A stretch of 64,000 nt of DNA from Eledone cirrhosa (taxonomy: Eukaryota): the NCBI GenBank assembly GCA_964016885.1, contig OZ024742.1, positions 317,378,001 to 317,442,000 on the forward strand. Direction: 5' to 3'. Shown in pieces: positions 18,248-32,039 of the stretch. The notes under the pieces were generated by a model. The model had not been told where the DNA came from. It saw only the letters and a program-made list of their open reading frames with translations, and searched no databases. Made by a program: the position numbers and the translations under genes. Each line of letters begins with the position of its first letter. The stretch's first letter is position 1.

Positions 18248-21200
18248 GAATGCCATGGTTGACGGAGGCTCGGCTCTGTAAGGTATTGTAAATTTTGACT
18301 GCTATAACAATTGTAAATTGTTTAAAACTTTAACCAAATTGTAGACAAAACCACCCTCCTCCTCGTTAGAGGGGTCTTTCTGCCCGTTATTTGGCCCTTC
18401 GGGGTTAAATAACCGCTTATTGGGGTTTTGTGCCCAATATTTATTTTAAACCAAATAAAAACATAGCTACAAAAAATAATTTTCACAATTCACTCCCACT
18501 CATTCCGTCTTCTTCTTCCTCAATCGTCACTACACCAGAGAGAAGATTGTCTCTCTCCCTCCCTTCTCTAAATGTGTCTCTCTCCCTCCCTTCTCTTTCG
18601 CAAGCGACGCTAGTAAAGAAAAATAGTTTCCAAAATCACGTGCAAAACGTGGAACATTTTTCCACGACGACGACAACGACGAAAAGGGTGTGCGGTAAAT
18701 ACGAAAACCCATTTCATTCGTCTGAAGTCATGAATAATAGCAGTAGCAGCCGTAATAACAGCAGCAGCAGCAACAGTGACAAGGAAAACAACAGTAGCAG
18801 CCGCAACAGCATCAGCAGCAGCATAAACAACAACAGCATTAGCAGCAACAACAACAGCAGCAGCAGCAACAACAACAACAACCACAGCAACAGCGGCGGT
18901 GGCAGTAATCGTAGTACCAGCAGCAACAACAAAAGTAACAGCAGCTCTGACGACAACAACAACAACAGCAAAGAAAAACCAATCTCGTTTGCAGGTATCG
19001 CAAAGAACCTGGAAACCATCCTCATAACAAATGAGGAATTACAGGAAGCAAAGAAGATGGTGACGAAAACCGGACACCGAGTAATCTGCAAGGCAGCCTA
19101 AAAGTTTTTCGAAACCCAACAGCACTGTAGGGTCACGCACAGTACAGTAAGCACAAGGTCCCGTAGGGATTAGGGTCTGTGTGGCAGCGGAAAACGCATA
19201 TCACCCGAGGCAAGAAATATGCCACCGTAGACGTGCTTTTTGCCACACCACAAAGGCAAAGGCTCAATCCTTAGTGACCCTAAGGAGCGAGGAAATGATG
19301 TTGGTGCCCTCCTACTGCGGGCAAAAAATTGTGAAGGTCAAACTGACCCACGTCGGAATCGAGGACGAAACAACTGTACTGCAAGTACAGAAAAAAGTAA
19401 GAGAAGATTGGGTCGGCACCTCCATTGAGATATTAGTCCAAACCAACCAGCAGTGCATCGAAGCTATCCCGGATGTGATAGACTTCGATAACGGCACGCA
19501 AGGCCTTCAGAGACCGGATAAGGAACTAGTTAAGCGGGCGTTGACGAGGGCCATCGTCAACAACAAGTGGTGGTTTGCTCTGAAAAGAGCGATTAGGATA
19601 GAGTCTATTAGGTTTAGTATGGCTTTAGCAATACAGAAAAATAGAGCAGAGGGAAAACTAGTTAGAAAATTAGACGAGGCGCTTAGCAAAGGCATCGCGA
19701 CCGACGTACTTGCGGCGAAATTGGCCCTTAACCAATTCTTCAATGTAAAACACGAAGGCTGCGTTGTCAGAGCTAGGGTGGGTGCTCTCAGACACGAGGG
19801 GACGAAAGCCGTTCAATGGGCCCGAGTGGCGGATGCGCGTCGTGGCAACAAAGCCACGATCCGATATATGGTGGACCACGATTGGCGCATGCTACTCGAT
19901 CCCGGGAAAATGTGTGAAGCTTTTCAGCGACACTTCGCTCAGCTGTTCGACGGCAGCGGTGGGCCGGATCGAGGGATGTACTTTAGTGTCTACCTCGACG
20001 GACAGCCGCGGCTCTCGGCCACTGAGGCGGAATGTTGGGAAAAGCCGATAGCAGCCGCTGAAGTACGGGAGGCAATGACTGGCTGCACAAGGGGTAAATC
20101 GCCTGGTTTGGATGGTCTGCCCTATGAACTTTACGTACAGATGCCAGACTTGTTTGCAGGCCTCTTGGCGGGCGTCTACTGCAACTGGCAACAGAACGGG
20201 AGAATTCCCAGCTAGGTGAGCCGTGGAGCGGTGGCACTGCTGAGAAAGGATCCGAACAAGGGGGATAACATAGACAATTTCAGGCCCATAACTCTGCTAA
20301 ACACAGAGTTCAAGATTTTGGCCAAGGTGCTAGCAAAGAGGTTGGCGCTTGTCGTTGGTGGTCTGGTGGGAGATGCGCCATTCCCGACAGATCCATCCAC
20401 GATCACCTCCACCTCATGCGATACATCGTAGAGAGGGTAGCTAGGGAACCTGGCACGGGTGGGTCCTTGATCAATTTAGATCAGTCGAAAGCTTTCGATA
20501 GGGTCGACCATCGTTACCTAGCGGCAGTCCTGAGGGCGGCTTGCTTTGGGCCCGTCTTCAGAGGCTGGATCGCTGCCATGCACAGCGACATCTGCTCTGT
20601 GGTGAGAGTGAACGGTCACCTTTCGGAACCGTTCAACATGATGCGCTCGGTCCGCCAAGGATGTCCCCTCTCGTCCCTCTTGTACGTATTGACTCTCGAG
20701 CCATTACTGCACAAACTGGAGACGTTGAGGGAGGTCCCGCACGAACTAGGATCCAGAAGATCCGTGTCAGCATATGCGGACGATGTCACCGTAGTGGTGT
20801 CGAACGTCAAACACATCGAGGCGATCGGCACTACACTAAGAGAATACGAAGCGCTGACAGGAGCAATGATCAACCAGGAAAAGTCAGTGGGCCTGCAGCT
20901 CGGCATCTAGAGAGGCAGGTCCATGCCGTCCAACAGCGTCGTCGGGCGCTGGACGGACGGACCGGTTAAATTTCTAGGGGTTTGGTTCGGTCCGGACCTC
21001 CAGACGGACAAAAACTGTGACGAGGTGACGAGCAGGGTGGCTTCTCTCACCCAGAAATGTGCGGAGAGGAAGCTATCCCTGAAAGGATGAGCTGAGGTGG
21101 CTAACGCGTACATCGCGTCTGTCATCTACTACCACCTGACCGTCGTACCGTGTCCTAAGCCCCGCCTGACTGCGCTGGAGCGTTTGCTCTTTCGCTTTTT

Positions 21201-22387
21201 GGGAAGGGACGCGCTCCGATGGTCAGGTGGTCCATCTGTTGTCAACACCCGCTACGTGGAGGGCTGAGCATGCCATGGCTGATGATGCGCAGACACGCGC
21301 TCAGGCTACGACATCTCCACCTCTTCCTCGACGGTGATCAACTGTGGTCGCCGTTTGCTAGACACGTATTCCCCCAGCTCGTTTCCCTGACGGAGCTGCA
21401 GTCCTGGGTCAAGCGAAGACCGAGAGGGAGCGCCTAGAAACTGGAATATCTTCAGGCGCTCACAGCCCTCGACCAATCGGGCAATGTGATCGGTGGAAAC
21501 TCCACCTCGGCGTTCTATAGAGGATCAGTGGAGGGGAAGAGCGACAACGTACTTTGGGAAACTCTAGTCGTCGACGAAAATCAACTAGCCAATCTCTTCG
21601 GAAGAACTTTCGGGCCGGGGCCTATGGACAACTTCCAGAAATCTCTGGCCTGGCAGTGCTACCGAGGAGCCTTGCCAGTTCGGGATAAACTCTACAGGCA
21701 TGGAGGTGCCGTCAGCCGGGCATATCCGAGATGCGCGCAGGGCGACGAAACCGTCCTGCACGCACTCGTCCAGTGTCCGAAAATTGCTGACTTGTGGGTT
21801 TATGTCGAACACCTGCTGTCGCGTGTAGGACGGATCCGGCTATCATCTGAATCCATCGTGAGGATTTCCCCGCCCTCTTCCTTTAGCCGGGAATGGCAGG
21901 CAGTTTTTATCTGTCTGGTGGCCATGGCGAAAGAGATAGTATGGTGGACACGTTTGAAAGGGCTGAAGACGAGCACTTACCTCTTCGGTGATGCCCTGAT
22001 TGCCTTTTTCAAATTTCATTTAAAAGGAAAATCAGGGTAGAGAGGGAAGTGCTCTCTTCCCAGCATTTTGTTGAAAGATGGGTGAGAGAATCAAGAATGG
22101 CCCGAGTGAATGGGCCTACTCTGAGTATGTATCTGTAAATTAAAGGTGGAAAACTGGGAGAGGGCACTTGCCTTGGTGGTCAGTGTCACTGTGGCCTTTT
22201 ACTGGGCTTTCTTCACAAATGTCCCTCCGAAGTCTCCCCCCTATTGGGGAATTTTTCATTGTTATTTTTTGTTACATCCTCTGTTTTTGTTTTTTTACAC
22301 GCAGAAATGCCCATTTGTACCGTCCTGTATTGTCCTGCACTGTCCTTAATGTCTACTTTATGTAAACCCTTGTGGTTAATAAAGAAA

Positions 22388-22389
<2 letters not shown>
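18248..22389 (+). mobile_element. Tx1 copy 3: divergent 5' UTR/ORF1 joined near 19493 to ORF2 lacking the APE domain; many stops
   Basis: 19493-22389 is closely similar to 7723-10621. 18430-19490 encodes a diverged ORF1 homolog (SFAGIAK, EELQEAKKMV, VPSYCGQKIVKV). Confidence 0.88.
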
Positions 22390-22427
<38 letters not shown>

Positions 22428-22689
22428 CATTATTATCATTATTCTTATTATCATAGAGTTACGGCCCTTTGCGTTCTGAGTTCAAATCCCGCCGAGGTTA
22501 GCTTTACCTTTCATCCATACACTGAAGGAATCCGAGGTTTCCGAAGGTTTATGAATAAAAGACCCACTCAACGAAACATCCACAAGCTGGGTGATGAATT
22601 CTCTATGTTGCCACTAGAAAATGATCGGTGGTCCTTCACACTTCCTTTCTCATTATCCGACTTTCTCATTATGGACTTCTTCAGAATAG

Positions 22690-22860
22690 TCAGTGTGAAT
22701 GAACGTTACCTTGTGTCAGTTTGAAAGCTAGGCTACCAGCTCAACAACCACGGGACATTAGTGAGTCCAGAATTATGAAAGTACGAACCTTCACGTCTAT
22801 TATATATAGCTACAAGGTCTATGTATCCCACGTCGTCCGGAATTGGGAGGTAAAAGCGTT
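22690..22860 (+). pseudogene. Decayed fragment of a Tx1 APE N-terminus
   Basis: ISESRIMKVRTFTSIIYSYKVYVS aligns to ISETRISEARAFAPIFGGYDVYAS of ORF2 (7067-7140). Confidence 0.55.
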
Positions 22861-22924
22861 GTATCGAATCGTATTGTGCATAATATGCCTTTGTAAACTC
22901 TCTGTGGTGAATAACAAATTATTA

Positions 22925-24060
22925 TTATTTCTTCTTTCCTAGGCTGTTATTTAGTTGTATTACTAAACCAAGATAACGGGTCATAACTAATGACGTACGA
23001 ACTCTTGGTTACACTCTCGTAGGATTTATGTTCCCATCACCCTTCTCAAAATTCTAACTGTTCCTAGGAGTGTCGTTTTCTGGAGGAAACTACCTTTGCT
23101 TGAATCTCAAATTGTTCTATCCATTTTACTAAGATCTTGGTCACACAACCAAGATCACCTATCACTAATGGTATAACCACAATCTTTTTCATGTTCTAAT
23201 TCTTTGAACTTCAATTCTTAGGTTCTGGTATGCATCAGCTTTCCCCATTTCTTTTGCATCGTTTCTCTCATCTCCGAGAATTGTGGCATTAATAATTCGG
23301 CATATCATCTCTTCTTTTCTATCACCTCTCTGTCAGGTTCCCTTGTTGTTACAATATTATCACATTGTATATTCATGTTCCATAAGACCTGTATATCATC
23401 ATTCTCAACTACTCCCTCTGGTTTATGTTCATACCAGAGTTCATTTTGTTCCAGATGATACTTCCTACAGAGCTTCCAATGGATAATCTTATCAACTGTA
23501 TCATGTCTTCACTTGTATTCTCTTTCAGTTAATTTGGGGCACTCACTAATGATGTGTCACACACTCTAGTTCTTTTCACCACATAGTCTACATAGCGATG
23601 AATCTATAGTTTTATCTATTTTGTTTTTTGTTAATCAAATTTGGTTCTGATAGCTTACTCTTGAGCGGTGAAAGAGCTTCAGTTGTTTTCAGGTCAGATT
23701 TCCTTAACCAGTCCCAAGACTTCTCCTTAGCTTTGTGTGCCTTGTATATGTGCAGCGTTGTTGTTTTTTGCGTTATTTCTACTGCATTGCGGATACTCTT
23801 TGTAATATGAGTGCAAACTCAGTATGTCTACTTTTTATATACTGTATATGTTTGTAAGTCCTGGGGCTTTATTATTGTATCTGTCTCTGTGTTTTATTTA
23901 TCATTCTCAGAGCACTATTTCATAGGGAATATTTCTGTTTTCATCATGCGCATTCGAGTTATATTTTTCTCTGGATATTTATATTTGGATAATTTCTGTA
24001 TTACCTTGATGTGTATGCTGTGATCTATGAGGATCGATACATCAGTTAGAAAATATTTAT
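22925..24060 (-). pseudogene. Old, decayed R4/Dong-like 3' portion (family 3)
   Basis: Minus strand reads LQKTTLLGTVRIL near 23050-23085 with an IPLVIG.LG-like motif near 23150-23175, homologous to the Dong C-terminus. Short TTA run at 22919-22928. Confidence 0.55.
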
Positions 24061-24440
24061 CCTTTGTGTTCTGTGACTGTAATATCTGGACAGTTGGCTT
24101 TAATCTAACCGCTCTGTAGCATATTAACGATTATGGCTGCTTATATATAAACCAGAAATAAGGATGCGTTCAGTGATTCGTTTAATGGTAATATAGAAGG
24201 TGTCTACGGTCGATTTGAAACATTTAGTTTATATCTGGGTTGTGTTCCTGTTTGACTCTTATTTTGTGAATGTGTTTCGTTTATGAGCTACAGCAAATAC
24301 ACTCACAGGCAAGCACACACACAAACAAACAAACACACACGCACACACACACACCACCACCACCACCACCACCACGACCATAAACACATGTGAATATGTA
24401 TGTATGTATATATATATATGTGTGTGTGTGTGTGTGCATA

Positions 24441-24553
<113 letters not shown>

Positions 24554-24737
24554 ATAATAATAAATTTGAAGACTAAAATCCAAAGAGGGCGCGATAAGGG
24601 TGAAAGCAGCGATTCTTTGCTTAAACTTTAATCTGTTATTTTAATAAATATATATATATATATATATAAATGGAAAAAATGAAATTACATACTTATATTT
24701 ATATATATATAAATACCATACTTATTTTTTGATACCC

Positions 24738-24788
24738 AGATTCCTGATGATTTCTAAAGAATGAAACAGTTCTAGTCCTGTAGAATCT
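24738..24788 (+). ncRNA. Type I hammerhead ribozyme motif with a complete stem III
   Basis: AGATTC-CTGATGA-T TTC TAAA GAA T-GAAA-CAG ttctagtc CTG-TA-GAATCT. Predicted GUA cleavage. Stem II is weak. Confidence 0.7.
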
Positions 24789-24866
24789 CATCTATATTAA
24801 AACTATATATATATATATATATAAGTATGTAATTCATATATATATATAAATATAAGTATGTAATTT

Positions 24867-24921
<55 letters not shown>

Positions 24922-24989
24922 TTTATGTATATATATATAATATTAAAGATACTATTTATAGCTATGTATATACTATACTATAGACAACT

Positions 24990-26930
24990 ATAAACAGGGA
25001 AGGTCAGTAATTTATTACTACCTTATTACCAGTAAGATAAATAGCTCAATGTAAGAACATCAGTTCTTTTACAGAGCAGTAATATTGAATACACAAGAAA
25101 CAAAGTTATGTATAAAACATTTAATCGCTGACAATTGTTTCTCCCAAACCTAGGCTTGGAGTCTTCGGGGCATTATTAATGTTTGTACACACAATCAACC
25201 TCCTATTCGACTAAAGAATCGTACAGATACATATATATTGACAACAGTTTCATGTTTACAGTGTGGAATGGATGCGACATGTATTATATTATACTATAAG
25301 TGTACAATAATTCAAATTAAAATCAAAATTAAATTTAAAATTAAAAGCATAATACAAGAGAATAGTCTAATAATTAAAAGCATAATACAAGAGAATAGTC
25401 TAATAATTAATTAAATTAAAGAGATAGTACATGCATAAAGTCATACATAAAGGAATGGAGCAAGCAAATGTATCATGCATATAGGAGTAGTGTATGGCAA
25501 GGTATTACATGAAATACAAGCAATACAAGCACTTTAAGCGAATATGTTAGTGTATTATGGTGGTTGCAATGCGAGGATATTTTCTGTAGAGTTCAAATTT
25601 GTATGTGTGTAGAAAAAAAAGTTACAGATTTCACATCCATTACATAAGTTACGATATATTTGTATTGAATGTTTGTTATAGTAATGGATTGTAATGTATT
25701 GTAACTTAGAGTTATTTAATCCATATATATAGAGATTATTGTTGTTCAGCTGCGAGAATTTTCAACGGTTTAATAATTAAATTCATTGCTCTAATATGGT
25801 GCCTCAATTGAGTCCCTTATATAAAAGTTATATATTTATATTTAATTTTAAATTCAGTCTACTCTCTCATAATATACTAAAGGTTTCATTAGAAAGTTGT
25901 TCACCCAATATTATATAGTGCCAAAATTGAATTTCCCATACAAAGTGTTATATATTTATATTTAATTCAATTTTAAATACAGTCCACTCTCTCAAAATAT
26001 ATTAAAGGTTATATTAGCTTGTCGTGTACCCAATATCTGGTAAGCTATGGAATAATGTATAGCTGTTTGCATGGTAAATTAGATACATCTCTTGAGTAAA
26101 TGAATTCATCCTTTATATACAATGTTATTATCCAGCATAATTACGTCCCTTTACGATCTGAGTTCAAATCCCGCCGAGATTGACTTTGCCTTTCATCCTT
26201 ACGGAGTCGATAAAATAAAGTACCAGTAATACACTGGGTAATTGCTGGCCTGGTGCCTAAAGTAGAAACCGTTATTAATCTATACATTTAATTATAAATG
26301 TATATTTAATTCATTGTTCCATATTACATTTAAGTTAGATAAATCCCTTATGTTAATAAATCAATCCTATATATACAATGTTATTAATTTATACATTTAA
26401 TTATAAATGTATATATAATTCATTGTTACATTTAATATGTTAGTTTATATAAATTGTATTATATTTCAATCACTATATAATTATAAGTAATCTAAAGTAA
26501 TTATATTAAACGGTGGTGACTATAAGGATATTTCTAGAGTATAAAGTTATAGATAAAATGAATTGTGTAGAGGAAAGGGTGGATCAAAGAGTGTAATGCA
26601 GTGGTGGAAGGCAAGTCCTAGAGGTGAAGTGCTAATGGTGGTGATGAGTTCAAATCTGACATTGTTATATACTATGTTTAAAGTTTTGGAAAGAATGTCG
26701 GAAGCAGTGCTGGCACGATGCAAATACTTCCGTGCTTGTATTGCTTGTATTTCATGTAATGCCTTGCCATACAGTACTCATATATGCATGATGCATTTGC
26801 TTGCCCCATTCCTTTATGTATGACTAACGCATGTACTATCTCTTTAATTTAATTAATTATTAGACTATTCTCTTGTATTATCTGTCGCATGTATTCCACC
26901 CTATGCTTTTAATTTTAAATTTAATTTTGA
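24990..26930 (-). mobile_element. Decayed Penelope-like non-coding element with internal inverted duplication (~25318-25532 vs ~26733-26930)
   Basis: Hammerhead-like motif at 25126-25171. Homologous to 45655-46200. Contains a SINE at 26140-26275. Confidence 0.5.
26140..26275 (+). mobile_element. tRNA-derived SINE (partial)
   Basis: B-box-like GAGTTCAAATCC plus the shared SINE core. Confidence 0.75.
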
Positions 26931-27716
26931 TATATATATTAGTAAAAGGAAAAGAAAATGCTGACAAATTTTTCCCAGTGAAAAATAGTTTAATTAGGAA
27001 TAAGTATAAATTAGTAATAAGTATTGGTTAGTATTCAGTTTTAGCTTTAAGCTTTCACCGGTTGCGCATTTCTAATGCTTTTCAAAAATAATTTTGAGAT
27101 ATAGCGCTCGTTATGTTTGCTCTAATATATATATATATTCTGTTTCATTGGATTATTTCATGTTTTCTGTAATAATAATCACTTAGCTTTATACCTGGTT
27201 CTTCTTGACCTTTTCTACCATTTGTCCTTCGTTTCCAACCTGTTCAGTATTTATCAGTTATCCGCTATCTAGATACATTTCTTACCACGTTTTATTATGG
27301 CATTATGTAGTCTTAATTTCAGACTTTTACATAATATCTTCTCTTTGTGTTTCTCTTCACCGCTGTGTGCAATACCAGCACCTCGTTTGTGTTTGACAGC
27401 ATTCTTGACGGCCGAAAGCTTTAATCCACTGTCCGCTTCTCTTCAAATTGCTGCTCTTGAGCCAAACGTAGAAACAATTATTAGGATTGGCAGCATATCT
27501 ATCTATATATTACTAAAATTCTGTGATTGCTTGTTTACTTGCTTGCTTGCTTGCTTCCTTGTCTGTAATATGATACAGCCAAAAGGGCGCATAATGGGAA
27601 AATACTTTGAAATGAAGTTGACCCTGAAATGGGAATACAAATGGAATAAAACAAGTTTCTCATAAATCAGAGCACATGTTCCCGAGATATGGTTTTTTTC
27701 CGGGTGCCTTCATAAA

Positions 27717-27722
27717 CAGAGA

Positions 27723-27791
<69 letters not shown>

Positions 27792-27810
27792 ATAGAGAGA
27801 AAGAGATAGT
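27717..27810. repeat. (GA)n microsatellite
   Basis: Direct reading. Similar tracts near 36970, 37400 and 45583. Confidence 0.95.
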
Positions 27811-29105
27811 GGTTGTGAGAGAGTAGATTTAAAGAGAGACATCGAGAGGGGGAGAGGAGACAGAGAAGGAGAATGGAAGAGAGAGAGAGCTGATTTATTT
27901 TCTCTCTGCTTGCATAAATTCTACAGAACATTCCATAAATTATACAGCTAATATCTAATACCTTACTAGTTTAAAATCCTTTTTCTCAAAGGCTTATGTA
28001 TTTTTATTAAATATACCCATCTTTCTACCTTATTTCAATATTATTTATTATATATTATATAATACAAGTTACTCATTCTATATCATTCCTCTTTATCACT
28101 TTCCTTTCTTCCTCTTTTCTTTTTTCTTTTTAATTTCTAACCTCTAATCTGTACTTTTTCTTCCTAACTACTTCTCAATTCTTATTATTGCTCACCACAA
28201 CATTATCTATTCTTCCATCTTTCTTCATATCATTGGCCATAAAAATTATTATTATCTTTTTAATACATTATAGTATTACCTTTAATAGTCCTTCGTAAAC
28301 ATAAACATTTTTTTTGACGTTAGATTTTTCATCCTTAAATTCCTTATCTCTTCATTTCATGCTCGTTTGACTTTTACATATTACAATACATAAAAACAAA
28401 CTTAAACCCTAACTAATTTCTTTTAATATATTATATTATTACCATTAGAAAACATTTCGTAAACATATATATTTTTTGATGTTAGATATTTTCTTCCTTA
28501 AACATTCTTTTCTTCTTTGCTTTCTGCGCTCATTTTTAAACAAACTATTTACGTACATATATTACGCACACATATTACATTACATAAAAACAAACTTAAA
28601 CACTAACTAATTCCTCTAAATTCATAACTCATCCATTCTTCTACTTCTTTTCACATTATATCCTTAATAACATTAATATTTTTATTTTAATAATACATAT
28701 TAATAATTTCTTTTCCTCGCACATATTATTAAACCCTTCAATATACAAACCTTAATTTAATATTATTCTTAACCCCCTTTTCTCTTCATCAACTTTTAAT
28801 TTCAAATTCTTTTAAATTATCTATTATCTTCCAACGGCTTTTTAACTTCTCTCTGTGAGACAATATATATTTTTCTCAGTTGTAAAGGCTATCTCTCTCT
28901 CTCTATCACCCATCTCTCCTCCTCTCTCATCCTTCTGATACTCCTCCCCCACCATTCTTTACTCTCATCTCCTCCTCTTCCTTACCTTTTCCAACCCCCC
29001 TCTCTTTTTTCCCAATATCACACGTCAATCTTAAATTATATTTCATATGTTGATTTAAAACTTCACTATTCACAAGTGTTTTTTAACCTTCATATCATGT
29101 ATCCC

Positions 29106-29176
29106 TATTTTATCTGATGAAAACGCAGATATCATCTCATGATGATATTTGTTTTTGAAATGCGCATAATAAAATA
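29106..29176 (+). ncRNA. Minimal type I hammerhead motif
   Basis: TATTTTAT-CTGATGA-long stem II (CAGATATCATC/GATGATATTTG)-GAAA-TGCGCA-TA-ATAAAATA. 8-bp helix I and palindromic stem III. Confidence 0.75.
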
Positions 29177-29875
29177 CTTGGAACTCTTTTAACCATCTTT
29201 TGATCTTATATTATTTATACTCCAGCCCTACAAACTGTAGAGTGCTACTTATCCAATATTTGCATTGCTTTATTGTGCTACAATAAAACTCACCTCCTTC
29301 ATATATAATTATATATATATAAAAATGAAATATTCCTTTCTTTGAGCTATTTAATTGTAAAAGACTATTTGAGTTTATAACTCTATATATAATATTCTCG
29401 ACTCCAAGCGTTGAGCTAATTTTTAGTCCATAAAACCGGCTGCTATTTTTAGCGGCACGAGTATGGGACGTGCTAGGCGCTGTGACACATGTGCTTTCAA
29501 CAACACATTTCTCTCAGTCTTCTTAAGTATTTTGAAGTGAAACTTACCAATTTCTGGATACATGCAGAAGAGCACAGGAATAGGAACTTTCACTTAATTG
29601 TTGCGAAACAAATTTAAAATGTGTCCAGGTATCACGGCTATTGCCAATATAGGTTTGTTTTTATTGATTTAATATTTTAAATCGAGACAGGCAAACCGTA
29701 TTATTTTAATTAGTATTTTTCAATCTAGCTAACTTGGTCATTTGCAATGAGAACACATGTATACTTGTATCAGTGTTTATCCCTATCATATATTCATTTG
29801 TATTACACGGCTCAGAAATATTTCTTTCTTGAGCTATTTAATTGTAAAAGACTATTTGAGTTTATAACTCTATAT

Positions 29876-29942
<67 letters not shown>

Positions 29943-29945
<3 letters not shown>

Positions 29946-30032
29946 CCCTCCAATTTCATATTACATTAATACATTAATTATTTAAAAAATATTTTTAAGT
30001 GAACGTGACCCAACGGGTCACGAATGTTCTAA
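29943..30032 (+). mobile_element. Helitron-like 3' terminus
   Basis: Perfect hairpin CGTGACCC-AAC-GGGTCACG (30004-30022), 6 nt, then CTAA (CTRR) followed by T. Confidence 0.5.
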
Positions 30033-30400
30033 TATACTTATAAAACTATAAATATACCTATAAAACTACAAATATACCTATAAAACTACAAATGAATTAA
30101 TATTTGAAACGAGTGACACCGCTTATATTGAATGCCTGCTTATTGTAGTATGACAAAACTGTTTTAACTACATATATGTACATAAATGTAGACAAAGTCA
30201 GGAGGGAATATAAGACATTGGTTGGTGCCATAAAAAGCGTCGGAGCAAATACCGTTCGATTTTGGTTCCAGCGTCTATCTTCTGGGTTTAAGTCCTGCCG
30301 AAATCAACTTTGCCTTTTGTCCTTGCGGTGTCGGTAAATATAAGCACCAGGTTATTGAGAGTAAATGGTGTGCTAAATTGGTTAAAGCCATTCCTTAGAG

Positions 30401-30731
30401 CAGAGTTTCGCAAACTTTTGGCGCCACCGCCACACTCACGGTCACGTAATACAATCAACGCCCCCACCCCTATTTCCAGAGAGACCTGCCTACATGCAAA
30501 TTGTAAATAATATATAATAAATAAAATCGTTAATTTATATATGATAAATAATATAGTATATATACTATGTATAAATCAGTATTATATATTTTCATTGTAC
30601 TAAATTTATATATGTATCATTTGATATTTAATATACTATTATATTATCTCTACCGCCCCCTTAGGCATCAGCGTCCCTGGACCTTCTCAACGCTCTCCGA
30701 AGGGTGGTAGAGTCTACTTTGAAAAACTCTT
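30401..30731. mobile_element. hAT-type MITE (Charlie/Buster-like)
   Basis: 8-bp TSD CCTTAGAG at 30393-30400 and 30732-30739. Imperfect TIRs CAGAGTTTCGCAAA / TTTGAAAAACTCTT. Confidence 0.8.
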
Positions 30732-31295
30732 CCTTAGAGTACTGGATTTCTGTGTGTTGTCATATTTTATTGGGTGTTGATAATATATGACATGCGTTAT
30801 TTTTTTCTTTCCCTCTATAAGGAGGATCTTCTTCGTATTTCAGTGTTATAACTTACTATTTCTACTTCTCTCTAAGGAATTAAAGTATTTTTTCATACTG
30901 TTTCCACGTGTATACATTTTCTATATCAGGCGCTAGCTCTTAGTATTCAAGCCTACGTTCTTTAATTATAGTTCATGATTATATGGTGTCTTTCTTTGTT
31001 TTTCTAGGCATCCTTCCAATTTAATCATCGCTTTTTGCATTCAGACTCTGCCTGTGCTAATCATCTGCTTCCTAATTAACTTTGAACTTTAATACGATAG
31101 ATAAAATAAAAATTGAATTGTCTTATTAAATTCAAATTTATATTATAAATACTAATAAAAATACCATATTTAATCACAAAAAAAATAATGAGTTAACTAA
31201 ATAAGCTGGATCAAGTACGTAATTAGAAACAATAAGAAAAAACTAGTAAGAAATACAAACAAATCTATAAAGGAATTTTATAATGCAGCTCAGTA

Positions 31296-31510
31296 GGGCG
31301 GTGGATTGTCAGTATTGGTTGAGCGTGGGACAACATGCATGGAGTTACGGCCCTTTACGTACTGATTTCAAATCCCGCCGAGGTTAGCTTTCCCTGTCAT
31401 CCTTATGGGGTCGATAAAATAAAGCACCAGTAACGTACTGGGGTCGATTTAATCGACTTTCCCGTCCCCCAAAAATCTTAGCCTTGTGTTTAAATCAGAA
31501 AGCAATATTG
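31296..31510 (+). mobile_element. tRNA-derived SINE, near full length
   Basis: GGGCGGTGGATTGTCAG head, TTCAAATCCCGCCGAGG, shared core, 3' GCCTTGTG..AGAAA. Confidence 0.8.
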
Positions 31511-32039
31511 TAGCTCAGTTGAAACGATCGACACTTCTGGCATTTAATGCCTCCATAATGCTGCATGACAAAACTGCTTTTACCGACCGGACTTACATGT
31601 ATGCTGGTAAAGCCAGAAGGGTCAGGATCAGAAATGAAGATGTCTGGCAATTAGTTTGTGCCGTAACAATCATCCGCTTCATAGTCCATCAAAAATAAAA
31701 TTGTTTACTCACTTCGTTCGCTCTCCGACAGATTTGCGGTGTAGCCCGTAGAAGTGGATATTTCTGTTGTCCTTAACCCTAGAACCACCTCCCTACTCAC
31801 TATATCTGTCGCTGTTATGTACCACATCTCCGTTCTTTTTTGTTGTCTGTCCAGTTTTTCCTTCTGTCCACCCACTTTCTTTCCTACTTCACATTTCCTT
31901 GTGGAATGATATTTTGCAAAGCCACAGAATCATGATACTTGACTATACTATTTTTTTTCTTCGCTGAATGCTGAGTGTTTTTTTTTCAACCTGCCTGTAA
32001 TGTGTTCTATCTATTAGATACATAAGAATATTATATATA

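Noticed and set aside
31296-31390. tRNA genes at SINE heads
   Set aside because: A/B-box-like only, no cloverleaf, and followed by the SINE core.
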